Shown here: in pieces, positions 12,334 through 22,768 of the stretch
Layout: the number at the start of each line of letters is the position of its first letter
Position numbering within the stretch: the first letter of the stretch is position 1
Assembly: GCA_965603825.1 (NCBI GenBank)
Contig: CBFDEM010000058.1
Span: 372,001 to 436,000 of the forward strand
Source: Blepharisma stoltei ATCC 30299
Taxonomy: Eukaryota > Protista > Ciliophora
Direction: 5' to 3'
Length of the DNA: 64,000 nucleotides
Position numbers and translations under genes: made by a program
Notes under the pieces: generated by a model
The model's input: only the letters and a program-made list of their open reading frames with translations
Databases searched by the model: none
What the model was told of the DNA's origin: nothing

Positions 12334-14013
12334 ATGCAAGGACTCAAGGACCGAATTGAGGATATTTTAACTGAAAAAACAGAAATTGAAGAGCAGTTCT
12401 CACAGATCCAAAGTGAAAAGAGACAACTCATCAGTGAAAAAGATGAATTAGAAAAAGCCAATGAAGCTTTAATGGAGGAGCATGAGATATTGAGAGGGGA
12501 AAAGCAGCTAAAGGCTGACGAAGTAAAACAACTCACAGATGATATTAAGCAGCTGGCTGCAATTATTCAGTCAATGTCTGAATTAAATAAGGACTTGACA
12601 GGAAAAGTTGACAAACTGAATGCTGATTTGGAGCAGAGCGTCATTGCTTCATATGAAGCCAAAGCAAAGGCGTCTAATATGGAAGAGCTGGAAAAGCATT
12701 TGAATGAGGCCATTGAAACTAGCAAAAAGATTGAAGAGAAGAACAAAGATCTAAGAGCCAAGAACAAGCAGTTAGTTAAGTCCAATAAGGAATATACTGC
12801 TATTTGTGAAAATATTCAAGGGAAAATAGCATCATTTCTAACTGAAAACACCCCAGAAGAAGTCAGAATATTTCTTGTCAAGTTTTCACAAGATCTGGGG
12901 AAAATTCCTCAAGTGATTCAAGAAGAGAGCAGCACACCTACTGAAAACGCTGGAAATTTTGGTGAAGTTGTTGAGAATGAAAATAAGGAGCTAAGCAAAA
13001 GAGTAAAAGAAACGCAAAATAGAGAAGCATCTCTGTATGAAGAAATCGATGGCCTAAAAAAACTGCTGGAAAAGAGAGAAAAAGAATATGAAGAAATGGC
13101 AAATAAATTAAGCACACTCTTCAATGCTAGTGCAACGAATTCTGATCAGGTTAAAGAGCAGCTAAGACAAGTTCAATTAAAGCTCGGCAAAAAGAAGAAC
13201 AAGTGCAAGCTGCTTCAAACCAAACTGCTAGATATTGAGCCAAAATACAATAGAAAGCTGAGTACTCTAACTGCACAAAAAGAAAAAGCTGAGAAAAATA
13301 ACGAAGAACTAAAAGAAAAAATAGCAAAGCTTAAACCACAAATAAGCGGGTTGCAAAGCGAAAGCCGAGAGCAAAAAAGACTTGCTAGACAATACGCAAA
13401 TACAATACAAGTGCTCCACGATGAGTTTTGGAAAAGAGACACGGCGTTGATCAAGGTCAAAAGGTCCTTGATTCGTGCTCAGAAAGAAATAAAATCATTA
13501 AAAGCACTCGTAGAAAAAGCAGAAACTCATGCTAAAAGCTTAGTCGAGCACCAAACTAACAAAACACTGATTGAGCTCCAGTCTAAAGATCAACAAATTG
13601 CCCTACTTAAAGGCATGCTAAAAGGCAACCCAATAGAGCGAAGGATTCAGAATGATTCGCTCTCAAAGCGAGGTCACAGCTACCGAACAAGCTACGACGA
13701 AAGCTCAATCAATACTCTCAATACCTCAGCAACTTCAGAAACAAGGTCTTTTTCCAGCTTAACGCCCAGCATGCTCATTAATAAATTTCTTAGAATCTCA
13801 TCATTATACAAAGGTAAAGAAGAAACTCCGACTGGGACTAAGCCAAACCTTAACAAACTCGTCACAAATCTGAGAACTAAACTTAAAATATTTCCCAGCT
13901 TTAGCTCTAGCGAGCTTAATGAGAATGTGCCAGAACTCAAGGGCTCTATTGATACGTCAAAAAGCCAGCTAACACTTGATGAAGTTATCAATGCTATAGT
14001 ATCAACAATTTAA
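12334..14013 (+). CDS. Long coiled-coil protein, function unknown
   Basis: 559 aa ORF rich in E/K/L with heptad character. Confidence 0.8.
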   Translation: MQGLKDRIEDILTEKTEIEEQFSQIQSEKRQLISEKDELEKANEALMEEHEILRGEKQLKADEVKQLTDDIKQLAAIIQSMSELNKDLTGKVDKLNADLEQSVIASYEAKAKASNMEELEKHLNEAIETSKKIEEKNKDLRAKNKQLVKSNKEYTAICENIQGKIASFLTENTPEEVRIFLVKFSQDLGKIPQVIQEESSTPTENAGNFGEVVENENKELSKRVKETQNREASLYEEIDGLKKLLEKREKEYEEMANKLSTLFNASATNSDQVKEQLRQVQLKLGKKKNKCKLLQTKLLDIEPKYNRKLSTLTAQKEKAEKNNEELKEKIAKLKPQISGLQSESREQKRLARQYANTIQVLHDEFWKRDTALIKVKRSLIRAQKEIKSLKALVEKAETHAKSLVEHQTNKTLIELQSKDQQIALLKGMLKGNPIERRIQNDSLSKRGHSYRTSYDESSINTLNTSATSETRSFSSLTPSMLINKFLRISSLYKGKEETPTGTKPNLNKLVTNLRTKLKIFPSFSSSELNENVPELKGSIDTSKSQLTLDEVINAIVSTI

Positions 14014-14072
14014 TAAAATTAATCGATTTTTAATTACAATACAATAAGTTTTTTATTCTAAAGCAAACTAAA

Positions 14073-14498
14073 TTACCACTCTTGCTGAAGCCAAGAAACA
14101 ATTTTGTCAGATCTGCCTACATATTCATTTGACTGCTGCTCGAGCGTCTTCTGCTCCTTTTCTAAGCATTTGATTTGCTTATCAATCCTCATGTTTTCTG
14201 AAGTCAACTGCACAAATTCCTCTCTCATCTGTTCAATTAGTTCGTTTAATTTTGTTCCTACTAACGGATTCAAGTCATTTGTATCTTTTTCTATGTGCTC
14301 TTTCATAACATTTAGCTCACTATGCAAACTGCTGCAAGATGCTTTGTAGCTTTGGAGCGACTCCTTGCCTTCTTTGACGGCCAAGTTGATATTTCGTAAA
14401 AGGCCGCTCACTGTCGACTCTTCTATATAGGTTTGTAGCTGTTCTGGGTCTCGAAAAGTTGAAATCGTTGAATAAGGAGTGAAACGTTGTCTTTCCAT
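14073..14498 (-). CDS. Small coiled-coil hypothetical protein
   Basis: 141 aa ATG-TAA ORF filling the gap between neighbours. Confidence 0.7.
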   Translation of the reverse strand: MERQRFTPYSTISTFRDPEQLQTYIEESTVSGLLRNINLAVKEGKESLQSYKASCSSLHSELNVMKEHIEKDTNDLNPLVGTKLNELIEQMREEFVQLTSENMRIDKQIKCLEKEQKTLEQQSNEYVGRSDKIVSWLQQEW

Positions 14499-14512
14499 TT
14501 ATTTTAATTAAT

Positions 14513-15196
14513 TTATGAACTGTTAAGTTTCGAAGGAGTGAAGAGGCTTGAAGCGTGAGGAGTGAAGGGTCTTTTGAAAGGCTTGGAACCAGTGTCAAAA
14601 GAAATGCCAGAAAATAATTTATTTGTTGAAAAATTACTTTCTTGCTCACCTAAAGCAAAAATTTTCCTATTACTGGGAGGATCAAAAACTTGAGGAGAGC
14701 GCATATTGCTTTTGAGCTGCTGGTTTTCTTGTGTAAGTTGAGTATTTTGTTGCTGCAGATGCTGGAATTGCATTGCGAGTTGTTTGTAGTGGTCTTTTAA
14801 TTCCAGATATCCTTGCTGAGTTGCATAAAATGCTTGCTCAGTTTGCTTGACCTTTTCTCTATATACATTTTCCCTCTGCGAAGCCAAGTTTTTAACTTGT
14901 GAGACTTCAAGGTTTTTTTGGGCTTGCCAAAACTCTAATCCGACTCCTGCTGATTCCAAAATTTCTGAAGGATTGAACCCTATCAGTGCAATCCTTTTCC
15001 GTTCATTTATGTATTTCTTTGAAAAATTGGCTGATGTGACGTTGACTTGTCTGTTACAGATCGGGCATGTCTGGTGAGAAGAAAATCATTCTTTTCCATG
15101 CTCTGCACATAAAGCATGCCCACAGCTGATCAAGCATACTCTCTCTCCTAGTAGTGTACTGCAGGATGGAGCGTTGCATTTAAATTCAGATGCCAT
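14513..15196 (-). CDS. HEI10: HEI10/CCNB1IP1-like meiotic RING E3 ligase
   Basis: With one TGA=W: MASEFKCNAPSC...LISCGHALCAEHGKEW...TCPIC...ALIGFNPSEILESAGVGLEFWQAQ, followed by a coiled coil and S/P-rich tail. This matches the HEI10 pattern CN..C...CSHIFC..HG...CP.C...LAGL.PEIV...ALAFW..Q. Confidence 0.75.
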
Positions 15197-15226
15197 TATT
15201 AAATATCAAGTTAAATTGAGAGTTAT

Positions 15227-15955
15227 TTAATACTTAGCCATGAAGTGGCGCGAAGGGTAGTAATAACTGGGGCCAGGGGATGATGATTCACTTAGGTATG
15301 AGTACCGCTTGCTATTGGAGGGAATCACAGCTCGGGGAGATTGGGTCCTGATTTTATCCTCATTGATTGTATAAGCAGCTGGACCTGGGCTTGAAACTTC
15401 AACGTCAAGAAGTTTTCTTTTTGCTGTGTTAAAACTGCTGTGCCCAACGATGCTGCTGAACTCGGAAAAATGTGATGCAAGCTGCTTTGATTTTGAAAGC
15501 TCAATTCGGCTTATTGAATTGTGAATATCCTTACTTCTCTGCCTTTGAGAAGCTTCAGGTGAGGAAGCTAGACTTAATGCTGCTCGATTTTTGTTTACTT
15601 TTATTCTGCTGTTTAAGCTTTCCCTTCTTTTTTCTACCATACTCGTCAACGATTGAAAAGTTTCTTGAATATGCTGTGGACTCGCGACTGAATTTTCGAC
15701 TGATACTCGAGTTTCCTCTGACCCATCATTTAGCTGTGACTCATAGACTTCGTCAATTAACTTATTAACTATAAGTTTTAAGGGCTCTTTTATATTTGAT
15801 CCACTTTGATGGAAGTCTATTTTATTCAATAATATTGCAAACAACGATTTGATAGTATTTAAGTCTCCAGACCTTGATAGATATGCTTCTAATTCGGTTT
15901 GACTAATATTATGATTGGCATGTGAAGGATCTCTATACGAATTTATATCAGACAT
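15227..15955 (-). CDS. Hypothetical protein with C-terminal SPGPxxY (STPG/SHIPPO-like) repeats
   Basis: SPGPAAY and SPGPSYY motifs in a 242 aa ORF. Confidence 0.7.
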   Translation of the reverse strand: MSDINSYRDPSHANHNISQTELEAYLSRSGDLNTIKSLFAILLNKIDFHQSGSNIKEPLKLIVNKLIDEVYESQLNDGSEETRVSVENSVASPQHIQETFQSLTSMVEKRRESLNSRIKVNKNRAALSLASSPEASQRQRSKDIHNSISRIELSKSKQLASHFSEFSSIVGHSSFNTAKRKLLDVEVSSPGPAAYTINEDKIRTQSPRAVIPSNSKRYSYLSESSSPGPSYYYPSRHFMAKY

Positions 15956-16600
15956 TTTTTAGTTATAGACATTTTTTAAAAGAATGCTTTATTTGCGGTA
16001 TTTCAAAGCTATTTAACCCTTATAGATACAAAATAAATTTATTATGTTTAATTAAATAAATAAAAATCATTTTATATCACAATTTATTTATGAGCTATTT
16101 AATGATTTAAAAATTTTAAAATGTTCCTTTTTTTCCATTCTTTATCCCATTTATTTATTTTTAAAATTATTCTGACTGGCTATATATTCAATCTTAAATT
16201 TATTTTACAAATAAAACTATTATTATAGAGTATATATCCAATTGAAGTTTTCTTCAGCAAAGCAAAGACTAAAAAACTTATATTATCCTAAGAAATAGAA
16301 CTAATGGGCTTGGTTCTTATTCAAATACCTTATAATCATTTTATACAGCATAAGCAAAGTTTATTATTTTAGACTATTATAATTTTTTTTATTTTTAGTC
16401 TAAGATATTTTATGATTTTTTTTAATTTGTATTTAAATTTGGCTAATTTTTAATAATTATTGAATTTGCATCACCAAATTTTATTGATTAAACTCGCATA
16501 GAATGTACATTTTTATAACATTTATTAATGCATTATGACAAACTTATGAATTTCAGTTTCATCGACAATAGAAAAAAATTTTCATTTATAATCTCTACAT

Positions 16601-17142
16601 TTATTTTTCATGGGTTATTTCTTCATGCCTCACAAGTATATGAGCCTTCAATGTATACTTCTCTTTAAACATCTTCTCCCAGTAAGGGCATCTTTCTGTC
16701 CTTTCCTCAGTATGCTTAAGCATATGCTTCTTCAAATCTGACGGTGAGTAGTTTTTTTGCCACACAGAGTGCAAGAATATCTGAGCATTGCGAGTTTCTC
16801 TTGGTCATTGTGAATTTTTTGATGTTTGTTCAGCTCATACTTCCTCCTGAACGCCATATGACACTCGTCACACGAGTAAGGCCGTTCTCCATTATGCCCC
16901 ATCAGGTGGGTCTTCAACCGATCTTTCTGATAAAATCCTTTATCGCATTGTTCGCAACAAAATGGGAATGTCCCGGAATGTCGGAATTGATGCTCTACTA
17001 ATTTTGCTTTCTGAGAAAACTCCTTGTTGCAGACTTCGCATTGCCATTGCTTGTGCATAGCATGAGTTTGTTGATGCAGTGACAAGGCTGAGCTGCTAGA
17101 TAGGAGTTTCTCACAGATATTACAAGTAAACTTCGCTTCCAT
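16601..17142 (-). CDS. C2H2 zinc-finger protein with a frameshift in finger 5
   Basis: Four intact CxxC...HxxxH fingers with GERPY-type linkers. After an A7 run near 16752-16758 the finger pattern continues in another frame (YSPSDLKKHMLKHTEERTERCPY...) to TAA at 16601. Confidence 0.82.
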
Positions 17143-17499
17143 TGATTTTAAATTGTTCCAGTAACATCTATAGGTATGATTTCATCAAGTTTTCTGGTAT
17201 TTTAGGAATTTCCTCGCTTGAAGATTGTTCAAGATATTATTTTTATTTCGGATCTTAATAGGATACACTGATGATTAAGAGAGAAAATCAAGAAAAGAAT
17301 AGTTGATTTTGGTAGATCTTAGCGAGATCTATAATTGGACATTTTGCAGTTTGGCGTGCTAGCTGCAAAGTGGGAAATTATTTATAAATAATTTTTCATT
17401 TTTCATTTTGAAAGGACGCAAAGATATCTTTTCGTTAAAAGCCAGGATATTTTAGATTGGAACTTGCTACTTGAGCAGGATGCTCACTTATACTTGTAC

Positions 17500-17555
17500 T
17501 ATAGCGCTTTCCCGAGGATGGCGCCATTCCGCGCCATCCTCGGGAAAGCGCTATA
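17500..17555. repeat. Perfect 25-bp inverted repeat with 6-nt loop (palindrome family, copy 1)
   Basis: TATAGCGCTTTCCCGAGGATGGCGC-CATTCC-GCGCCATCCTCGGGAAAGCGCTATA. Confidence 0.97.
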
Positions 17556-18087
17556 TCATTCTATAGGAGGGGGCACATTACTGAAAGGAAAGAATGGATA
17601 TGATTAATGCTGATATCACAAATTGAGATATCTCTATTTGAATAATAACTAAGGACATTTAAGTGGACGGAATTTTGATTTTAAGCGAGAATTTAATAGC
17701 TCCATTCAATAAAAGCTTATTTGCAAGACTGAAAAGCGTATCTATCATTTTGACAGGCGAGCCCGAAATCATGACCAAAAAAATTGTCTCATGTTTTCTC
17801 AAGGATACTTGACGCTGGTGTCAACTGAGTGCTGATTATTGTTTTATGGCTTTACTTTATATGTAGCTACATATAGAAAAAGCTGCAACTATAATTCAAA
17901 AGGGAGGATTTCTTAGTCTAAGCAGAGATGTTCAATCTAATAGAGAACAAGAGTAAACTAAAGAACTGAGATTTTAAGAAGAAAGTATAAGCCTATTGAG
18001 GCTCATTTTAAAAGCTTAAATTGTATTTCCCCAGCTTTAGCTTATTGAATGCTATACTATAACTAAAAATTAAAGTAATTAACACCA

Positions 18088-20241
18088 TTACTCTATTAAG
18101 GTATCAAGAAAAGAGATAAATCTTTGAGCATAAAAGTTAGGAGGTGCACAAGATATTGCCGCTTTACCATGCACAGTAGTCTTAATCGCATGCTCGATCT
18201 TCTTCTTACTTCCATAATACGTGAGAATATCTATTATCCCCATAAAGTATATATATTTACCATCGCTGCTAACCATTCCACCTTCATCTCTTTCTGCAAA
18301 TCTTACAAACTCATCCGAAGCTGCTTTTTGATGAATTCCTCTTTCTTTAACCTCATGAATTCCTAGCAATAAGCTATAATCTATGATTTTAAGGCTTTGC
18401 AATAGCTCACAGTCTCTTTCTATCTGCTGCATCAGCAATTTCTTCCTTTCTCCTCCAAGGATAATTTTCTTGCCCTCTTGAACAAAGTCCAGGTCTTTTC
18501 TCGCAACTGATGAGCTTTCCCCTTTATTTGTGAATCTTCCATAGGTTGAGCCTTTCAAATCATAGACCTCAGTAAGTTCATGTCCTGACTGAAAAACATT
18601 TCCGAGAACAGTGAAATACAGCATTTTCCCTTTGCTAGCTATCAGCTTGTGAAAACCAAAAAATCTTGCTACCAAAGTATGCGGATTTTCCATAACATGC
18701 AGATAGTAATCCGGCAGAATTTTTTTTAAAAATAAGTATTCTTCTCTTTTCAGAGTTTTTAAAATGTACTTCCCATCATCACTGAAATAGAAGAAGCTCC
18801 CACTTTTACCAGAGGAGCACTGTCCTTCCAGAGATGAAAACTCGTTAACCATCAAACTATTCATAATTTTTTCTACCCCAAGAGACTTCACGTAGTCATA
18901 GGCACTAATTCCAAAAAATCGTCTTATTCTTTCAAAAATACTAGGAGCGTAGTCTCGTAATTTGTAAGTTTTTTGTTTAACTCCTTGATTGTTAGCAGGA
19001 AGTAAGTTGTATTTCGCTTTTTCCAAGAATTCTTGCTGAGTGGCATCAACAGTTGCATCGATATTCGCAGCTATTGATTTTACAGCTTTTTGGATTCCAA
19101 GCATCATGTTAAGGATTAAATTTCAGTCTTCGTCACCTCAGTGAATTACTGTTTCTCTTCTTTTTGATGGAGCTTGCCTAATAGCTGGCTCATGAACGCT
19201 ATTTCTATTAGCCTCATCTGGGCTATTTTGCTTGTAATCATTTATCTTTGCCAAAATATGTATGAGTTTTTCTTTAACCTCTCCAATCTTATTTTGATTG
19301 TTATGAGAGTTATTATTTTCTAAAGCTGACTCGGTAAGCTTTATTTTTGGTCATTTATTGCTTTTTGAAGCATTAATTGGTGTTGCCTCAGAGGAGCTAT
19401 CAATAACATCGTCTTCTTTTTCAAAAATTTCTGTCTTCGCCGCGTTGAATCAGTCATTTGCTGACTCTTTTCTAAAGCTTAGTTTTATACTACTATGACT
19501 TATAGCTCTAAATCTCTTAATAGGTGTCTTTGCCTCGCCTCCATCAATTATTTCTAGACACTCTCTAATCTCATTTTCCAGATCTTCAAGAGTTTCTTTA
19601 TACCCGACCACTTCAGGCTTTTTTTGCTCGATGTTTGGAGGGTTAATTTTGTCAGTGATTTTTTTATTGACAAAATCAAATCACTCAAATAGGTTTTCGT
19701 TGTTGGACATTGAAGAAGTGTACTCTTCTAAGTCAATCATATCGTCATGCTTAGTATCGAGCTGATCGAAATAATAACGAATATCTTCTTGGGTAGCACT
19801 TACTTCACTTCCGGTTAGGGTATTGTACATTTTTCATACATTGATAAGCCATGAAGCAAAATCGTTGTAAGTAATATTCCCTTCTTTTGAATTTTTAATT
19901 AGTTTAAAGCTCTGTTGAGCTTTTTCTTGGGGAGTTCCGTGCATTAGAATGTCCATGTAACTGAGGTATTCTTCAATCACAACTTTACCGGATCTTGATT
20001 TATTCATAACATCGAATATCCTGTCTGCAATCAGGCGAGTTGATTTCATACCTAATAAACCCATATTTTCACGAAAATCATCGAGGGTGAAACCATTTCC
20101 TCTTGCCATGCGATCGAATCTTTGTTTATAAGTTACTAATTCAGGCTTAGTGAATCGATACTTCTGATAGAGCACTTTTAAATCTAAATCTTTGCGTAAT
20201 AAAGTTTTTTTCTTTGACCCACATCCTCCACATATGAGCAT
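18088..20241 (-). CDS. EF-hand (NCS/calcineurin-B-like) + phosphatidylinositol-phosphate kinase (PIP5K) fusion, paralog 1
   Basis: EF-hand N-terminal ORF is co-frame with the PIPK domain (DYAP, GKSGSFFYFSDD, YDLKGS, IDYSLLLG, GIIDIL); joined through TGA codons (H*GDED*NLILNMMLGIQ). Confidence 0.9.
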
Positions 20242-20693
20242 TGAAGAGTTTTAAATATAAAATGGGCAAATAATTCTAAGGAAAAACTATATTAAAAAGC
20301 TTATCACAAATATAAAAATCAGAGTCAAAAAAATATATTTTAATATTTTCTCTAATTTATAGCAAGTTTAGAACGACCTTATAAAAGTTAAATTTTTATA
20401 AGTTTTCTTTTCAAGATCTCTTTCTCTAATTATGATATTTTTCTATTTTAATTTAAAAACTTTCCTTGTGTATTGTTTTATTATAAGCATATTTTTTATA
20501 CACTTATTTACTCCTCATAAAAATCTATTCTTCTGAATGCAATTGATTTAAATAATTTTTTCAATTTCAGCTTCTAAGAATTATTTTCAACTTGATGCCT
20601 TAGCAGGATATTCCTATTCCCTTTTATTTTAAATATACGATTTATATTATTTGTATGTATTGATAATTGTTAAATGAATACAGTTAAATCAAA

Positions 20694-21536
20694 ATGGAAG
20701 AGTTGCAGCAAAACCAAATGAACTCTTCAGTAGATGGCAATAGAATGGCTTCAGAAAACTCATCATTAATAAACTACAGATTAGATCAACAAAGATTATC
20801 AGTGCGAGTCTCAGTTGAAGAAGCCATGATTAGCAGCTATCAGGGATCTAAGTATATATTAGGAGTATTTTCTTTTGTATGCATTGGCAAACTAACAGCC
20901 TCAATTCTAATTTTAAGCTTCTGCAACACGAAAACCTCTGAGCCTCTTGATATTTATATAAAAGGATGCATTTTCATTGATATTTTGAATATGATGGTTT
21001 TAATTGCTAAAATTCTTATGTCGTTTTCAATTGTGCCTCAGCTATTTAAAATTGCTACAAGCTATCTTGATTTTTTTATTGGACTGTAATTGATATTCAG
21101 AGTTTATATCGCATGGTTTTCTCTTGGAAATTTGTGGTTCTACTCATGTGATGATTGTTTTGATGAAGCTCCTGAGCTGACTATACTCTCACTTGTTTAC
21201 ATTGTGATGGGGTGTTTTTATCTGTGCATGCCTATGATGCTAATTTGCTGTCTATGTATGTGCATTCCTATTATCATTCTATTATTAGTTGTGGTTGACA
21301 CAAGAAACCAGAATCCTGCAACAGATGAGATGATAAGAAGGCTCGCTGTGGAAGATTATAACCCAAATCAACATATAGGAGAAAGAAGCTGCGCAATATG
21401 CTCAGACGAATTTAGAAATGGAGTCAAAATCATAGCTTTATCATGCGATTCAAGACATATTTTTCATGAAAACTGTATAAAAACTTGACTGAGAGTAAAT
21501 TCAATCTGCCCACTCTGCAGAGTACCTATTGTGTAA
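20694..21536 (+). CDS. Transmembrane RING-H2 E3 ligase (15-nt intron at 21086-21100)
   Basis: Several hydrophobic segments, then CAIC...CDSRHIFHENCIKT*LRVNSICPLCR with TGA at the conserved RING Trp. Removing the intron restores the frame. Confidence 0.9.
21086..21100 (+). other. 15-nt spliceosomal intron
   Basis: GTAATTGATATTCAG; contains an in-frame TAA; A at position 10. Confidence 0.9.
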
Positions 21537-21753
21537 ATGTGATATTAATAACTTTTTAACAATTTAAGTGCTATTTCGTTTCTTTAATATATGACTTATG
21601 GTTAGTACCTTTTTAATATTAAGATATTCCGATGGCCATACGTTATTGTTAAAATTTTTAAGTGTTTAAATATTTATTAATTAGCATGCCTATAAATTAA
21701 AAACAAACTGAGCTTTTTTTACTTATTATTCATAAGATTAAGTTTCTCACCAT

Positions 21754-22734
21754 ATGATGATCAATATAAAATTAATGACAGGCAGAAAAGAAATATTAAG
21801 TCCATCTATTTATGACACTTTTAGTGGCAGCAGTTTAAAATCGTTTGGACCAAGGAACAACAGTCTTCCTAATATCTTTACTTCACTGAGTAATCAAGAG
21901 AAAATCGCTAAAACAAACGCTAAAAGCTCTTCCAGAATTTATAATTCAACAGATTCTTTAAGTAGGCTAAACAAAATTAACACAGAGAAAGTAGTGCATT
22001 TGTTTAAATCGCTAAAAATAGAAAATCCCAGCCCAAATTCGAAAAATCCTTGCTTTATTACAATAAATAAAAACTTCAAAAAGCGAGGATCAGTCATTAT
22101 CGACTATATAAAATCAAACAGCAAGCCTTTTGATTATTTAGTATCTGAAAGTACACTGGAGAGTAAAAAAAGGATTGAACAAGAAAAAGCGAGAAAGCTA
22201 AATAAAAAAGAAATTGAAGAAATTAACTCGAAGCTTAAAGAAATAATTTCTCAGAAGAAATCACAGATAGATCTTCAAATTGAGAAAAATATTGACAACT
22301 TGAATAAAAAAGGCATTTTTCCTATGAGTATTAACAAGTTAAGAGAAGAGAGCAAGGTGCTCCCGAAGTTAAGAAAAGTGTAAAACCTATATAGAATCAG
22401 CTTAGAAAAAAAGAGAATCTATTTAGACTACACTCTCCGCCAGCGAAAGAAGTTAAATATTGAAGCGTTTCAAAGCAACTTAGGCTTGACAATGAAAGAA
22501 AAGTATGATTGGGAAAATAAACGAAAGAGTAACATATTAAAAGAAATCAAAGAAGTCATTGTAAAAGACTCTCAAAAATCAGAAATCCCTGTCTCAAGGG
22601 CAGAAAATGAAAGCGAGGATGAAAACGACAGTGGACAAAATTTGAAGGAAATTTCTGACTACGTGAAATGGTTTAACAAAGAAGGAATGAAAAACTATAA
22701 GACAGCCCCTGTCAAATATCTGACAAAATTCTAA
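21754..22734 (+). CDS. Hypothetical K/E-rich protein (15-nt intron at 22380-22394)
   Basis: ORFs 21754 and 22486 are co-frame; the intervening TAA lies inside GTAAAACCTATATAG. Confidence 0.75.
22380..22394 (+). other. 15-nt spliceosomal intron
   Basis: GTAAAACCTATATAG; A at position 10; removal opens the frame. Confidence 0.85.
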
Positions 22735-22768
22735 ATTTTTATTTATTAATTAATTTCATATTCAAATC

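Noticed and set aside
12276-13991. Antisense ORFs opposite coiled-coil genes (also 23180-24079 and 33472-34111)
   Set aside because: S/F/L-rich shadows of E/K-rich sense codons.
17472-17486. Small hairpin TGAGCA-GGA-TGCTCA just before palindrome copy 1
   Set aside because: Only 6 bp and absent beside copy 2; compatible with chance.
17500-17555. Palindromes as rho-independent terminators, CRISPR repeats or tRNAs
   Set aside because: Eukaryotic context, no U-tract, no spacer array and no cloverleaf.
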